Source: Octopus vulgaris (taxonomy: Eukaryota). From it: DNA of 64,000 nucleotides. Shown here piece after piece: positions 52,760 through 64,000 of this stretch; the first letter of the stretch is position 1; each line of letters starts with the position of its first letter. The DNA is taken from assembly GCA_951406725.2 (NCBI GenBank), contig OX597814.1, positions 46,314,001-46,378,000 of the forward strand. The letters are read 5' to 3'. The notes under the pieces are model-generated. The model saw nothing but the letters and a program-made list of their open reading frames with translations, was not told the origin of the DNA and made no database searches. Position numbers and translations under genes: made by a program.

Positions 52760-54150
52760 GAATGCAGCCATGTAAGAAGGAACATTACAGTGGATATTAA
52801 ACTTGATTTTTGTTCAAAGGCTTGATATGGGTGTGGGAATCAACCACATGGCCAAAATGTTAAAGCTTGCGACATCAATATTCAGAACAGTACATGACAG
52901 TAGAGAGAAAATCAAGTACTCATGAAGTTACTCTATTAACTGCATGTACCTCATAGATCTAATGTGATGATAAAAATGGAACAGTTCTCAAGTGTATGGA
53001 TTAAAGATCAGATTCAACATAATGTGCTGATTATTAATTATTATAATCAAAATTAAAAAAGAGCTGCAAGTTTGTATGACAATATGTTGAAAATTGAAGA
53101 TGAAATATCTAATGCAAAACTCTTTGTTGACTTGTAAAAACTGGTTTGAAAGGTTAAAGAAATGCTTGAATTTGCACTACATAAAAATGACAGGTGTAGC
53201 TGTCAGTGCTGATTCAGAGGTTGCAACTAATTATCCAGAGCTGTTGAAGGAAATGATTACTTAAAGGGTTTACACACCAAAGTAAGTCTACAATGATGAT
53301 GAAACTGTACTTTTCTGAAAGCCCATGTCTCCTAGAACTTTTATTTCTTAAGAAAGAAAAAAATCAATACCAGAATTTAAGGTTTCCAAAAATTGTTTGA
53401 TGCATAATTTGGGAGGAAATGCTCCTGGCAATATAAAAGTAAAGCTCCTACTCATGTATCGTTCTGAAAATCCAAGAACTTTTAAGTTTAATCTACCTCT
53501 TATTTAGCATTCAAATAAGACAGTATGGGTGGCTAACAGTCTTTTTAAAAAGTAGTTTATAAACATATTTTGTCCTAGTATATAAAGGTACATTACCAGA
53601 TATAATATTTCAAACAAAGCATCCTCTTTTAAAAAACACACCAAGCCACACAGTGAAATTAAATGAGCTTTCTAATAATGTGAGAGTAGAAAATATCTTC
53701 AGAAATACACCTTCTTTGATTGAGCCAATGGAGCAAGGTGTGTTAGTTAACTTCAAGGCCTATACTCTGAGAACTTTAAAATAACCTATGAAAGCAATTT
53801 ACAGGGAATGTAAACCTACAGCTAAAGACTTCTGGAAAAAACTTCAGCATTATGGATGCTGTGGATGACATAGCTAAGACAAGGGATGAAGTGAAACCTT
53901 CAACTTCAAAAGGTGTTTGGCAAAATATATCATCAGACTGTATCCATGACTTTATACTTCTTTGACTAGTATTAAGTTGACACCAAATTAAGAACAATAT
54001 TGCAGCACTTGCAAATCTTTAAAGAAGTCATAAGGGATGATGTAATTGAATTGCTAGTGTCTCACAGAAAATTAATCCAACAGGGAGTTCATGTATTAGA
54101 ATAAAAGTAAACTGAGAATACAGATGAGAATAAGGAAATTCCAGCAAATT
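52760..54150 (+). pseudogene. Tigger/pogo (CENP-B-like DDE) transposase relic
   Basis: Fragments RRNITVDIKLD, MEQFSSVWIKDQ, NWFERLKKCLNLHYIKMTG.A.SAD, VYNDDETVLF*KPMSPRTFIS and NTPSLIEPMEQGVLVNFKAY match the Tigger motifs FNADETGLFWK.MP.RTFI and NTTSLIQPMDQG. There are multiple stops, and I did not identify TIRs. Confidence 0.88.
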
Positions 54151-54463
54151 ACTAAATATCACAAAATTATAAGAGGAGTTTATAATGAACTCAGTTCCAA
54201 CACTGAACTACATAAAGATATGATGCACAGTAAACATCAAACAACTTCAGATAATTTCTTCACCCTCAAGTATATGTTGATGATGAACTATTAGATTGAA
54301 GATTGTATCCCTCATCTGTCCAGTTGCTCTCATTCACAACCATACTTCACACAATAGTCAAAATTGTTTGTAATAAGAACATACCCTACTACAATATTAC
54401 ACTTCTTACTCATACTCTAACATATTTTCTTTAAATGTTTATACATACACATATTGCACTGTG

Positions 54464-54464
<1 letters not shown>

Positions 54465-54499
<35 letters not shown>

Positions 54500-55000
54500 C
54501 CATTTAGTGTCTGTTTTGTGGCATGGGTTGGATGGTTTGACTGGAACTGGTAAGGCTGGGAGTCCCACCAAGCTCCATTGTCTGTTCTTATATGGTTTCT
54601 ACGACTGAATGCCCTTGCCCTTCCTAATGCCAACCACTCCAGTGTGTACTAGGTACATTTTTTGTGGCACCAGCACTTGTATAAATTCTGCTGTGGCAGA
54701 CAGATCTTCTTGAGTACAGCAAGACATTAGATATCTCAGCCCTTTGTCATCTCCTTTGTAAGGCTCAACATTTTGAGATTGGCCTTCAAAACTTCATTCC
54801 ATGTCTTCCTAGGTCTTCCTCTTCCACAAGTCCTATCCACTTTAAGTACTTAGCACTTCTGTATGTAACCATCTACATCCATATGTATCACATGACCAAA
54901 CCAGCATAGTCTTCTCTCTTGCACATGGCATCTAATTCCTGTTATGTCCAGCTTTTCTTTCAATGCACTAATGCTGTTGCACATATACACTGCTCCAGAA
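54465..55000 (-). mobile_element. RTE LINE 3' end with (GAT)n tail
   Basis: The minus strand reads LKVDRTCGRGRPRKTWNEVLKA, followed by the same 3' tail as the 26-28 kb fragments, with (CAT)n on the plus strand. Confidence 0.8.
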
Positions 55001-56979
55001 ATAAAAGCTCTCTGAATTTTCTCCATTCTATTCTTACTCTAGTGATTACTTTTTCCAAGTAGGTTGCTTTTGTTTAGTCTGTTTTTTGTTTGTTTTTCTT
55101 GAAAAATTTCTGCTAGAATGTATCTTATGTAACATGAAAAATCAATAAGAAAATCAATTTCATGTTATGGGATTTCATGTTGTGACAAGCTCAATGCATG
55201 ACTGCCATAACATGAGGGATTCCTATACCTGTAAAAGATCTAAACCTATTGTCCATAAACTGGTAGTTCAAAGTCTTATCCAGTTGCCCATTTTGCCACT
55301 ATTTCAATTATTAGTAGGCCACCATAACACGCTTTGCAGAATTGAATTTTGACAACACAGTGAAATACAAAGTCCAATGTTAATTTGTACAGGTATGTTG
55401 TGAGTAATACCATTCATTATTAAACTGAAACAGTCTAAAGTTCAGTCAGCTAAAAGTGTCAGTGCATTAAAAAAATCCAATTCAATATATAATCCATATC
55501 CAGAAATGTAAAAGGAAATATGTATTATAAATTGTTGGTATCAATTACTTCCCATTTAAGAGTTTATTAAGGTAAGCTTATCTTTTTCTACAACAATGTA
55601 ACCTATGAAAACTTCATGTGAGATATGGAATGCCAGAACATATGTCACTAGCTCAATGGTTTTAAAGTTGGCTTCCTAAAATCAGTCATATTATTGAAAT
55701 ACATAGAAGTGAATTGTGAAAGAGAAAATAAAAAAGAGAAATCAAGTAGATGAATAGAATGACAATATTAAAAAAATAAGAGTAAATGAAAGTATTGTTA
55801 AATGTTAACTGTTGTTGTTTTACAAATTGTTTTATTTGGAAAGAGTCATTAATAAAGCCTTCAAATTTTGCAAATATTTATGTGAATTAACAACTTAGGT
55901 TTTGTTTTCAATTTTCCACTCTTTCTGTTTCGGTTTACATGCATGAGTTTATCTGCAACTACTTCCATCCTATCTTTCCACAATGACCTGAAACATTCAA
56001 TTAACTTTATTCTCTCCTCCGGTTCTCTGTTTATTTCTTGCTCTCTTTTCATTTTAAAAATTAATATAAATCAAGTAAAATAGTAAGATTCAAAATTCAT
56101 CAACATTCTGATTATGAGTCCTATCACTTGGAGTATTAACGAATACTTCATTTTTATACAATGTAAACTAGAGCTCATTGTACTTAGAAACTTCCAGGTT
56201 CTGCTAGTGATTGCCATGAGTAACATGAAAACTGTCAATAGTATTCTAAAATTTGATACTCGTTCACATCATACAACTTCATCTTGACTTATTTTTTATT
56301 TCATACTCTGGAAATCAATTCAGATCTTGCAAATATATCTCTCTATTACGGATAAACCAATACAATTTTTTACAGAAACATATTCAAAGTCATTGTAAAA
56401 CTGAGAAGTAAACAATGAGCACAGAAACATCTGAGCAATTTGTTCTTTATGGATAATGAATATACAACCATCAAATTATGGATATGATGAAAAGCAAACA
56501 ATTCTGTTTAGCATTTGATAAAGCAGTCATGGGCAAATTGTGACCCACAGGACTTTCTGAACAGCACACTTAAAGAAAATAAGATTCAATATTCTTAGCC
56601 TGATTCAATATTTCAACCTGCCTGATGATGAAGCATAATCCATGTGGCTTGCTTTTCAAAAACAAGTTCCCATGCCTGTGATAAAAGTCTGTCTGTTGAA
56701 CAGTAAGAAAGTTAGATGTCAGTGAATAATTTGTGAGCACTAAACAAAGAATCAGATTTAAGTCAATTAGAGAAATTTGTTGAAATTGGGCCCCACTCCA
56801 AGAGAGGCTCCCAAATACATGCTCAAAAAAATGTTGTTGTGATGAATTTTTAGTATACATCAAATCCTTAATGCTTTTTGAATGGGACTAGTGTACTACA
56901 CAATTCATAAAACATCAGTTTTCAACTTTTGTAGAGGAGGAGGTCTCATTGACAATTCTCTAATTGGGCCCTGCACTTC

Positions 56980-58440
56980 CTAGCATCAACCTTGGCAGGA
57001 CCTGGGAGGAGATTCATACAATGGGAGATGAAAGTAGGAGAGATAAGTTGGACAAGGCGGGCTTAGGTGTGCAACTATCTCCAAGAAGCAGAGCCAATTA
57101 TATTAGTAATAAAAGAAGTTGAGTGAAGATACATCACACCTGTGAGTTAAAATATTGGAAAGTGTTGATGAATGAGTTCTTGCTAATCAACAGGAGAGTT
57201 CTTTTTTTCTTTGTATTCTTGTCTAGCAACAGCCTCATTCCAGATGTCAGCATAGTTTTCTACTGTAAATCTCACTTGAGCACTGGTATGTATCCAAACA
57301 TAATGAAAGATTTCTGTAGAGAGGGAGAGAGAAAGATTGAAGAGTTTCGCAAAGACAAGAGTTAGATCTGATGTTCTTCCTTGTAATATTTTGGAGTATT
57401 TCCAGTTGAGTTGGAAGCAAAACAGTGCAATGATGACTAAAAGTCTCCTGGATAACTTAAAGTAACAGTATGTTTGGTAGGAGTGTTGTGTGAAGATAAA
57501 TGTGAGGTGAATTGTCTTTATTAGGCAGTTGTTAAATGGTTGTTGAGTCAGAGATCACTGGGTAAAGGTTAACTTTGGCAGTAAGAAAGAAGTCAAGGGC
57601 ATTTGCAGTGTTGATGTTTCGGAGTCATAATTCTTGATGACTTCAGAAAAAGGTGAGGTGCAAAAGATGGAAGATGAAAGATTGTCAAAGATGTGTTGGT
57701 AGCTAGAAGAGTTCAAAGAGAGTTAGAGGCAGTGGGTGAACATAGAGGAAAAAAAGAAGAGAAATCTTGACACAGAGTGAATGAACTCTTTGTTGCTGAT
57801 ATTCAAGTAAGAAATGTGAGTAACAAGGTGAGTAATTTCTATGTATACATAGACATGACCTTCAGAGCAAAGTTAGAGTATAGAGTTAGCTAGGTAACAG
57901 AGATGTGTTAAAGATAGTGGATAAAAGATGAGTAGGAGGACAAAATTTCAGGTCTCTGGTCCTCCCTGTTTTCCTCTACTATTGTGAAACTAGACACTGT
58001 CCAGGGCCCTTAGGGGCCACTTGAACTCTTTTGATACCAGGATGCTTTGCAGGATTATGACGTATTGGCTAGAGTTCATCTCCAACCAATGGCTAAACTC
58101 AGAAACTGGGATGTGTCTTGTTACTTGTATGATTTGGGAGTGTCAGCTCAGGCTGTTTGGTCATATTGCTCAATTTGAAAATCATGGTTATGGTGGATGA
58201 CGAAGGTTTTCACAGAGATGGGGACTGGAACATTACTCAGCAGGTTGCCTGGGACAACCCGAGCAAAAAAGTCTATGGTGTTAATATTTTTATGGGGTAT
58301 CAGTCCAAGAAAGGTTATCTGCCTCTCGGTACTCAGAGCTCCCTTTATCCTATATTAGCTGTTTGCAATGTGGTGAGAGCAGAATTTCTAGACAGATGGC
58401 TTTTGTTGCAGATGTAGAAGCCACATCTTGTTATGTATGA
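56980..58440 (-). mobile_element. Degenerate CR1/Jockey-like LINE 5' (endonuclease) relic
   Basis: G-rich plus strand with segments resembling 19300-20100. No intact ORF, and boundaries are approximate. Confidence 0.4.
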
Positions 58441-58558
58441 TTCTCTAAGTGGAAATTGCAGGTTCACATAGCTATCAGAAAATGCATTCAGAGAAAGTGA
58501 ATAAGAGAGAGATGGGGTGAAACGGAGATAGGAAATAAGAAAATAACTTTAATATATA

Positions 58559-58720
58559 GGCACAGGCATGGCTATGTGGTAAGAAGTTTGCTTCCCAAAT
58601 GCAGATTCACTCCCACTGTGTGGCACCATGAGCAAGTGTCTTCTACTATAGCATCGAGCTTACCGAAGCCTTGTGAGTGGATTTGATAGACAGAAATTGA
58701 AAGAAGTTCAGCGTATATAT
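58559..58720 (+). mobile_element. tRNA-derived SINE head; its tail is displaced to about 60905-60970
   Basis: A-box-like TGGCTATGTGG and B-box-like GATTCACTCCC, then GCAAGTGTCTTCTACTATAGC...GCCTTGTGAGTGGATTTG. Homologous to the copy at 6604. Confidence 0.8.
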
Positions 58721-58831
58721 CTATATCTATATCATCATCATCATCGTTTAGCGTCCTCTTTCCATGCTAGCATGGGTTGGACAGTTCAACTGGGGTCTGG
58801 GAAGCCAGAAGGCTGCACCAGGCCCAGTCGG

Positions 58832-59402
58832 AAAATCCTTTGTCTCTCTGTCTGTTCCCAATGCAAACGGCTCAACCAAATCAAATCAAATTTTACATGG
58901 TAATACTATCAGACCACGTGAGTGTCAATGTGTAATTGTTTTGGATTAAAACAATGCAACATTGGCACCAGTTTCGTATTACATGTCAAAACTCAAAGAA
59001 TAAAAGTGAAACAATAACATGTATATTGTAATGTAATATATTGTTTCACTTTTATACTTTTACTTTTAATTCTAACCACAACTATGACGTCACTTTTTTG
59101 TGTATGACTGTGTATCTGTCTGTGAATGTATGTGTGTGAGTGTATGAATGTGTATATGTCTCACAATGTGTGTGCCTTTCCATACTAGTTATGTATGTTA
59201 TTAAACTCACTATATGTTTCACTTACATACTTTCACTTTTGATTCTAACCACCTCCACATGTTGAGTGTATGGGTGTGTATATGTCTCACAGTGTGTGTG
59301 TGTCTTTCCCTGTTAGGTATGTTATTAAACACGCTATATGTATGTAATGGCTGGTCAGTGTCAATAGGTCGATAGGAAATTTAGTTTTCGACCAATGACT
59401 AG
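58832..59402 (+). mobile_element. Short non-autonomous Helitron-like element
   Basis: Ends in the hairpin GGTCGA...TCGACC (59367-59393) followed by CTAG|T (59399-59403). The 5' part has a (GTCT)-rich motif, and there is an imperfect internal duplication at about 59045-59216 and 59217-59340. The 5' TC end is not seen. Confidence 0.55.
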
Positions 59403-59403
59403 T

Positions 59404-60900
59404 GACCGAGACCTTTGGAAATATGCTGTGCTTGAGAAGACTTGGCAAGCCAAGTTAGACCATAAACCATGGCCTATGCCAGGGGTGTAACCAGCCCACT
59501 TATGCATACCTTTCCTTCACTGGACACTAAACTCTGCTTGCGAAGACCTGTTGAGGCAAGTGAAATCAAAATCGAAATCAAATTCGTTGACTGGCATCCA
59601 TGCTAGTGGAGCACTAAGAGCACCATCTGAGCGTGATCGCTGCAGAGCAGCTGACTGGCTTCCATGCCGGTGGCACGTAAAAAGCACCATTCGAGCGTGA
59701 TCGTTACCATCATCGCCTTACTGGCACATGAAAAAACATTCAAGCGAGGTCGTTGCCAGTGCTGCTGGACTGGCTCCTGTGCACGTGATGCATAAAAACA
59801 CCATTTGCAGGTGACGCATAAAAACACTTTTCCCTGGCATGAACCCAAACTCATCTCATCTAAATTGACTCTCTTCCTAATTAGTTGGGCTATGACCCTC
59901 TCCATGACCTTCATTACCTGATCCAACAACTTGATACCTCTGTAATTATTTGTATCTAAAGCATCACCTTTACCTTTGTAGTAGTTGATTATGGTGCTGC
60001 TACACCAGTCATTGGGTATGACTCCTTTGTGTATCACCTGGTTAACTATACGGGTGACTAGGCTATAGCCAACACTGCCAGATATTTTGAGCATCTGTGC
60101 AGTGATTCCTGATGGGCCGGGGGGTTTCCCTGTCTTCTTACTCTTAATTGCTTTATCTACCTAGGTACTGTCATCTCAGATAGCTGGTCCCTCTGTTGGG
60201 TCGACATTCAGCAGACTCTCTTTCTCCCATTCATTTTCTTTATTGAGCAACCTTTCATAGTGCCGTCTCCAAACCTCTCTCTTTGCATCCTCATTTAGTG
60301 CAAGTGAACCATCATCCATGCGGACACATTTCTCTCCTACAACATCATGATTCTCTCTCACACACTGTCTTGAAGCATGAAATACCTCAAGTCTTTGGTC
60401 CTCATGGCACAGAACATTGGCAAATGTTTTCTTATCTGCTTCACCTCTGGCTAAATAAACCTGTCTCCTAGATTCCCTTCTGGCAGTCTGATACAATTCC
60501 CTGCTACCACCGATCTTCCAGTCCTTCTAAGCCTGTTTCTTTTCTCTAATAGCCCTGTCAACAACATTGTTCCACCACCACATTATTTTGGGTCGAGAGG
60601 GGACTTTCTACCATCTACAGATCTGGTCAGTGGCTCTCAGCAGGTTGTTCCGTAGAAAGCTCCAGTTGTCTTCTACATCGTGTGAAGCTATATCCCCTTC
60701 TATTTCGTCAAAGGCTTCGAGTAATATGTCTCTAAATCTCTGTCCATTTGCAGGATCTTTAAGCTTCCAGACCCTTCTCCTCCATTTAGGCTTGATCCTG
60801 AAGTTACTAACTACCAGTCTATGTTGTGGGGTACATTTTTCGCCTAGGAAGGTTTTGGCATTTATAAGCAGCCATCTTTCCCTTTTTCTGGTGAGGATAT
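59404..60900 (-). mobile_element. RTE-clade LINE fragment (end of endonuclease, tether, start of RT) joined to a 3' non-coding segment
   Basis: ORFs give REVWRRHYERLLNKEN, KTGKPPGPSGITAQMLK and IPNDWCSSTIINYYKGKGDALDTNNYRGIKLLDQVMKVMERV. Similarity stops at about 59830, which indicates an internal deletion. Confidence 0.85.
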
Positions 60901-62720
60901 ATATAAACTGTCCTAAAATTCTTCAAGGCTCTTGCATGGCCACAGTCTAATGACTGAAATAAGTAAAAGATATAGAAATAAATAAAACAAAGGCTAACTA
61001 TATAGCAATGTATATAGATAGAGAAGATAAATCTCCCAGTGTGTATGTAGATAGAGAAGATAAATCTCCCACTGTGTCAAAAAGCAAGAGAAAAATGTCT
61101 TGGGAGAGACTGGAGAATTGAAAGTCAGGATAAGCTATACTCACAAAGCAGATTTTTGATACTTTGTTCATTTTAGTATTCAAATAGATTATAAAAGAAT
61201 TTAGGATCGAATGTCCATTGCAACATCTATAAACAGACAACATAAAAATCAATCCAGAAAGTGTAAAAGAAGTTGATGAGTTGATACTAAGCCTTGAGAT
61301 CAACAATACCAAGATATTAGTGGCATAAGTCCTGAAATTCACCTCAGCTATTGGACAACAATAACTCTATATTATATAGTTAGTGCAATTTATAAGTTCA
61401 CAGACAATAATGCAGTGAAATGTCAAGTGAACAAATGTGTAACAGAAGCTTTAGTTTTCCCACATACACTTATATAATGAATAGAAAGAACAGTGAAACA
61501 CAAAGTTGGATTTGCCAAACAGTTTGCTGGAAGTAGTTGATATGTTCTGTTTCCTGGTTGGCATTCTTTTAGTTAAGATTGGGAAGATTTCATAGTGTAT
61601 TGTTTAGATGGTACAAAAGTTTGGAATATTTCATATCCATTTTTATATATGTTAACAATAGCATGCTATTTCAACTTTTCCATTCATTTTCAAAGGTATT
61701 GTTTATTATTTTATGTTAGTATCAACAACAGCTTGCTGATTCAACTGTATGCTAAATGACTCAGAAAGTTTATTAAAATACCAACATTCTGCATCATCAA
61801 CAGTGCACAATACCTACACTCAAACACTTAATTTACATTGGTTTATTCCAGCAAGCTTTAAAAACTTTTGATGTTGTAATCTTTGCTATGAACAGCTAAA
61901 ATATTTTGTTTGGATGCTGTGCTGAGTTCAAATTAAATCATTGTCATAACTTAATGAGAATTTATTTAGCAAGGCTGATTTGTTCTAGCAAGACAGCATA
62001 ATGGCAACATTATTGGTGATATTCCAATGATGAAATAGGTTATGTGTCTCATCATTACCATGTTAGAATTATGTATTTATCATCTTACCTTTTCATTAAG
62101 TCTGAAAGTTGGTTAGCAGTTAATGACACGTAGGTATGTAGATGAGATATTTTTACCTTGTTTAGTTTGTGGGTATATTGTATGGTTGATGTTTTCCCCC
62201 AGTTTGTAATTTGTTAAAACACAGAGCCTTAGTTTCAAAGATTTTCTTGTTTTTAAAATTATAAATTTGGAATATTGTTCTATCATCTTATTTTTATATA
62301 ATTGCATTTTGTTTAAAGAAGTGTATGCTTTGAACTTTGGCTCTGCCAATTTACATTATTATTACATTTGTAATTGTAATATGAGAATATAAATTACTTC
62401 ATGTATTATACTTGTCATTTAAGTGGTTTATTGTGTTGTCAGCTGGTCTCTGGTGGTGACTAGTAGAGTTGATAAATGAAATTGTGTTTCTTGGGTTGTG
62501 TGGAGAAGTATAGCCTGCAAACATCTAATAGATTTTATTATTGCACAAGTCAAACTGCACCAATCTTTTATGGATGACATCAGTAAGAATTACATACTGG
62601 GAGACATATATTGTTTACAACAAGCTACTGATATGGCAACATGTGGCTGGCCCAACGTAACTGGAAACAACTGTGCTATTTTTGTGACAATAGAGATTCT
62701 GATCATCTATCTGCCATCTA

Positions 62721-63960
62721 CAGGGCTTGGACAAAATAATGGAAACACCTTAAAATTTCAAACAAATTTATTTTAATATGGGGTAGGACTGCCTTTGGCA
62801 GTAATTACAGCTTGAATTTTATGAGATATGGACTTATACAAAATTTGAATTGTTTCCAAAGGAATTTTTATCCGTTCTTTAGCTAAAACAGTTTCCAGTT
62901 CTTGTAGTGATGATGGTGGGGGATATCAACTCCTTACTTGTTTTTCAAAAATGCACCATAAATATTCAATAATATTGAGATCTGGGAATTGTGGTGGCCA
63001 GAAAAGATGTTCAACTTCACCAAAATGTTCCTTGTGCCATTCAGTAACAACTTTAGCTGTGTGAATTGGTGCATTAACATCCTGAAAGATTGCGTTTTCC
63101 TCCGGAAGCAGTTCCGCAACCATAAGATGAATTTGATCAGATAAAATGCTTAAATAGTCTTGACTATTAATTCTGCCATGAAGGGAAACCATTGGGCCAG
63201 TGGATTTCCAAGATATAGACCCCACCCCAGATCATCACAGATCCTCCTCCATGTTTAACAGTTGGAAGAAGGCAGTCTGGGTCAAATGCTTCTTTTAGCT
63301 GTCTCCACATGTATACTCGGCCAGTGGTCGGAAATAAGGTAAAGAATGACTTTTTCGAGAAAATAACATTCTTCCATTGCTCTAGGGACAAATTCTGTAG
63401 GTTTTAACTCCACTCTAAATGCTCTGCAACGTTTGATTTTGAAAGTAGTGGTTTTCTGCTTGCAGCCATACCATGAAATCCAGCTTTGTGAATCTCTCGA
63501 TGAGCAGTTTTTGTGGAAACTGGGTTCTCAAGGTGGTCATGTATTTTTGTGATCCTTTCTAACAATTTGCGCAAGAGTCCAATGGTCTCTATCTGAAAGT
63601 TTTGGTTTTCTTCCAGAGTTTTGTTTGGATGAGGAGGTTTTTCCTTCTTTCTCAAAGGCTGTCATTACTTTTGAGACAGTACTTCTTGATACACCAAACA
63701 TTTTGGCTGTTTTTTTACACTAGTGCCTGCCATACGAGCACCAACAATTTGACCTCTTTGAAAGTCTGATAGATCTGAATTTTAATTACCTTTTCCTGAT
63801 GATATCTGAAAAGTAACAGCAATTTTAGCAAAACATATTAAGCAACACTAATAATAAATCAAAAAAATATAAAAATATACAAGCTTTTGATGGTTTTATA
63901 GATATTTCAAAATTATGATGCTATGATGCTAGATGTTTCTATTATTTTGCCCAACCCTTG
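62721..63960 (-). mobile_element. Near full-length Tc1-like transposon (1240 bp), DD36E spacing, inactive
   Basis: TA|CAGGGCTTGGACAAAATAATGGAAACACCT versus the right-end reverse complement CAAGGGTTGGGCAAAATAATAGAAACATCT (30-bp TIR). The transposase is on the minus strand. Confidence 0.92.
62780..63780 (-). pseudogene. Tc1-family transposase, frameshifted
   Basis: Paired-like HTH SDLSDFQRGQIVGARMAG..VKKTAKMFGVSRSTVSKV and GRKPKLS, then RKPLLSK, WKNVIFS(KK)S, PTVKHGGGSVMIWG, FQD(V)NAPIH and WPPQFPDLNIIEYLW. Confidence 0.92.
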
Positions 63961-64000
63961 CATCTTAACTATTTTCCTGGGTCATCTGTCTGTGGCAAGA

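Noticed and set aside
55200-56990. Possible hAT relics (CAGTCATGGGCAAATTGTGACCC at about 56524, GGGCCC motifs)
   Set aside because: Only one terminus-like motif, with no matching end, 8-bp TSD or clear transposase motif.
58559-58640. tRNA gene
   Set aside because: It has A/B-box-like motifs but no cloverleaf and continues into SINE body sequence.
1-64000. CRISPR arrays, operons, rRNA genes or prokaryote-type systems
   Set aside because: The sequence is intron-rich eukaryotic DNA. No repeat-spacer arrays, rRNA-like sequence or long intact ORFs are present.

Overview
This is an AT-rich, CpG-poor animal genomic window. The SINE, RTE-tail and MITE families look like those of Octopus (coleoid cephalopod), but the species call is inference. 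The only host gene I can support is the 3' end of CADPS/CAPS (calcium-dependent secretion activator, unc-31) on the + strand. It has nine GT-AG exons from 15475 to the TAA at 34676-34678, which splice in frame into about 283 C-terminal residues ([23 protein letters not shown]...VEEATQSVTQSDSGLRGRFMTSGEEESD*). The earlier exons lie upstream of the window. The rest is intron, probable 3'UTR and intergenic DNA with many transposon relics: a Helitron with both ends, a second short Helitron-like element, a Tc2/pogo-type TIR element, foldback MITEs, piggyBac derivatives, a Tigger transposase relic, a near-complete Tc1-like element with DD36E spacing, RTE, CR1/Jockey-like and I-group LINE fragments, tRNA-derived SINEs and microsatellites. 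Most ORFs in the supplied track are spurious or TE-derived. I found no convincing new multi-gene system. The best leads concern RNA structure and splicing around the CADPS exons, plus the DD36E transposon. All family assignments come from recognised motifs, not database searches.
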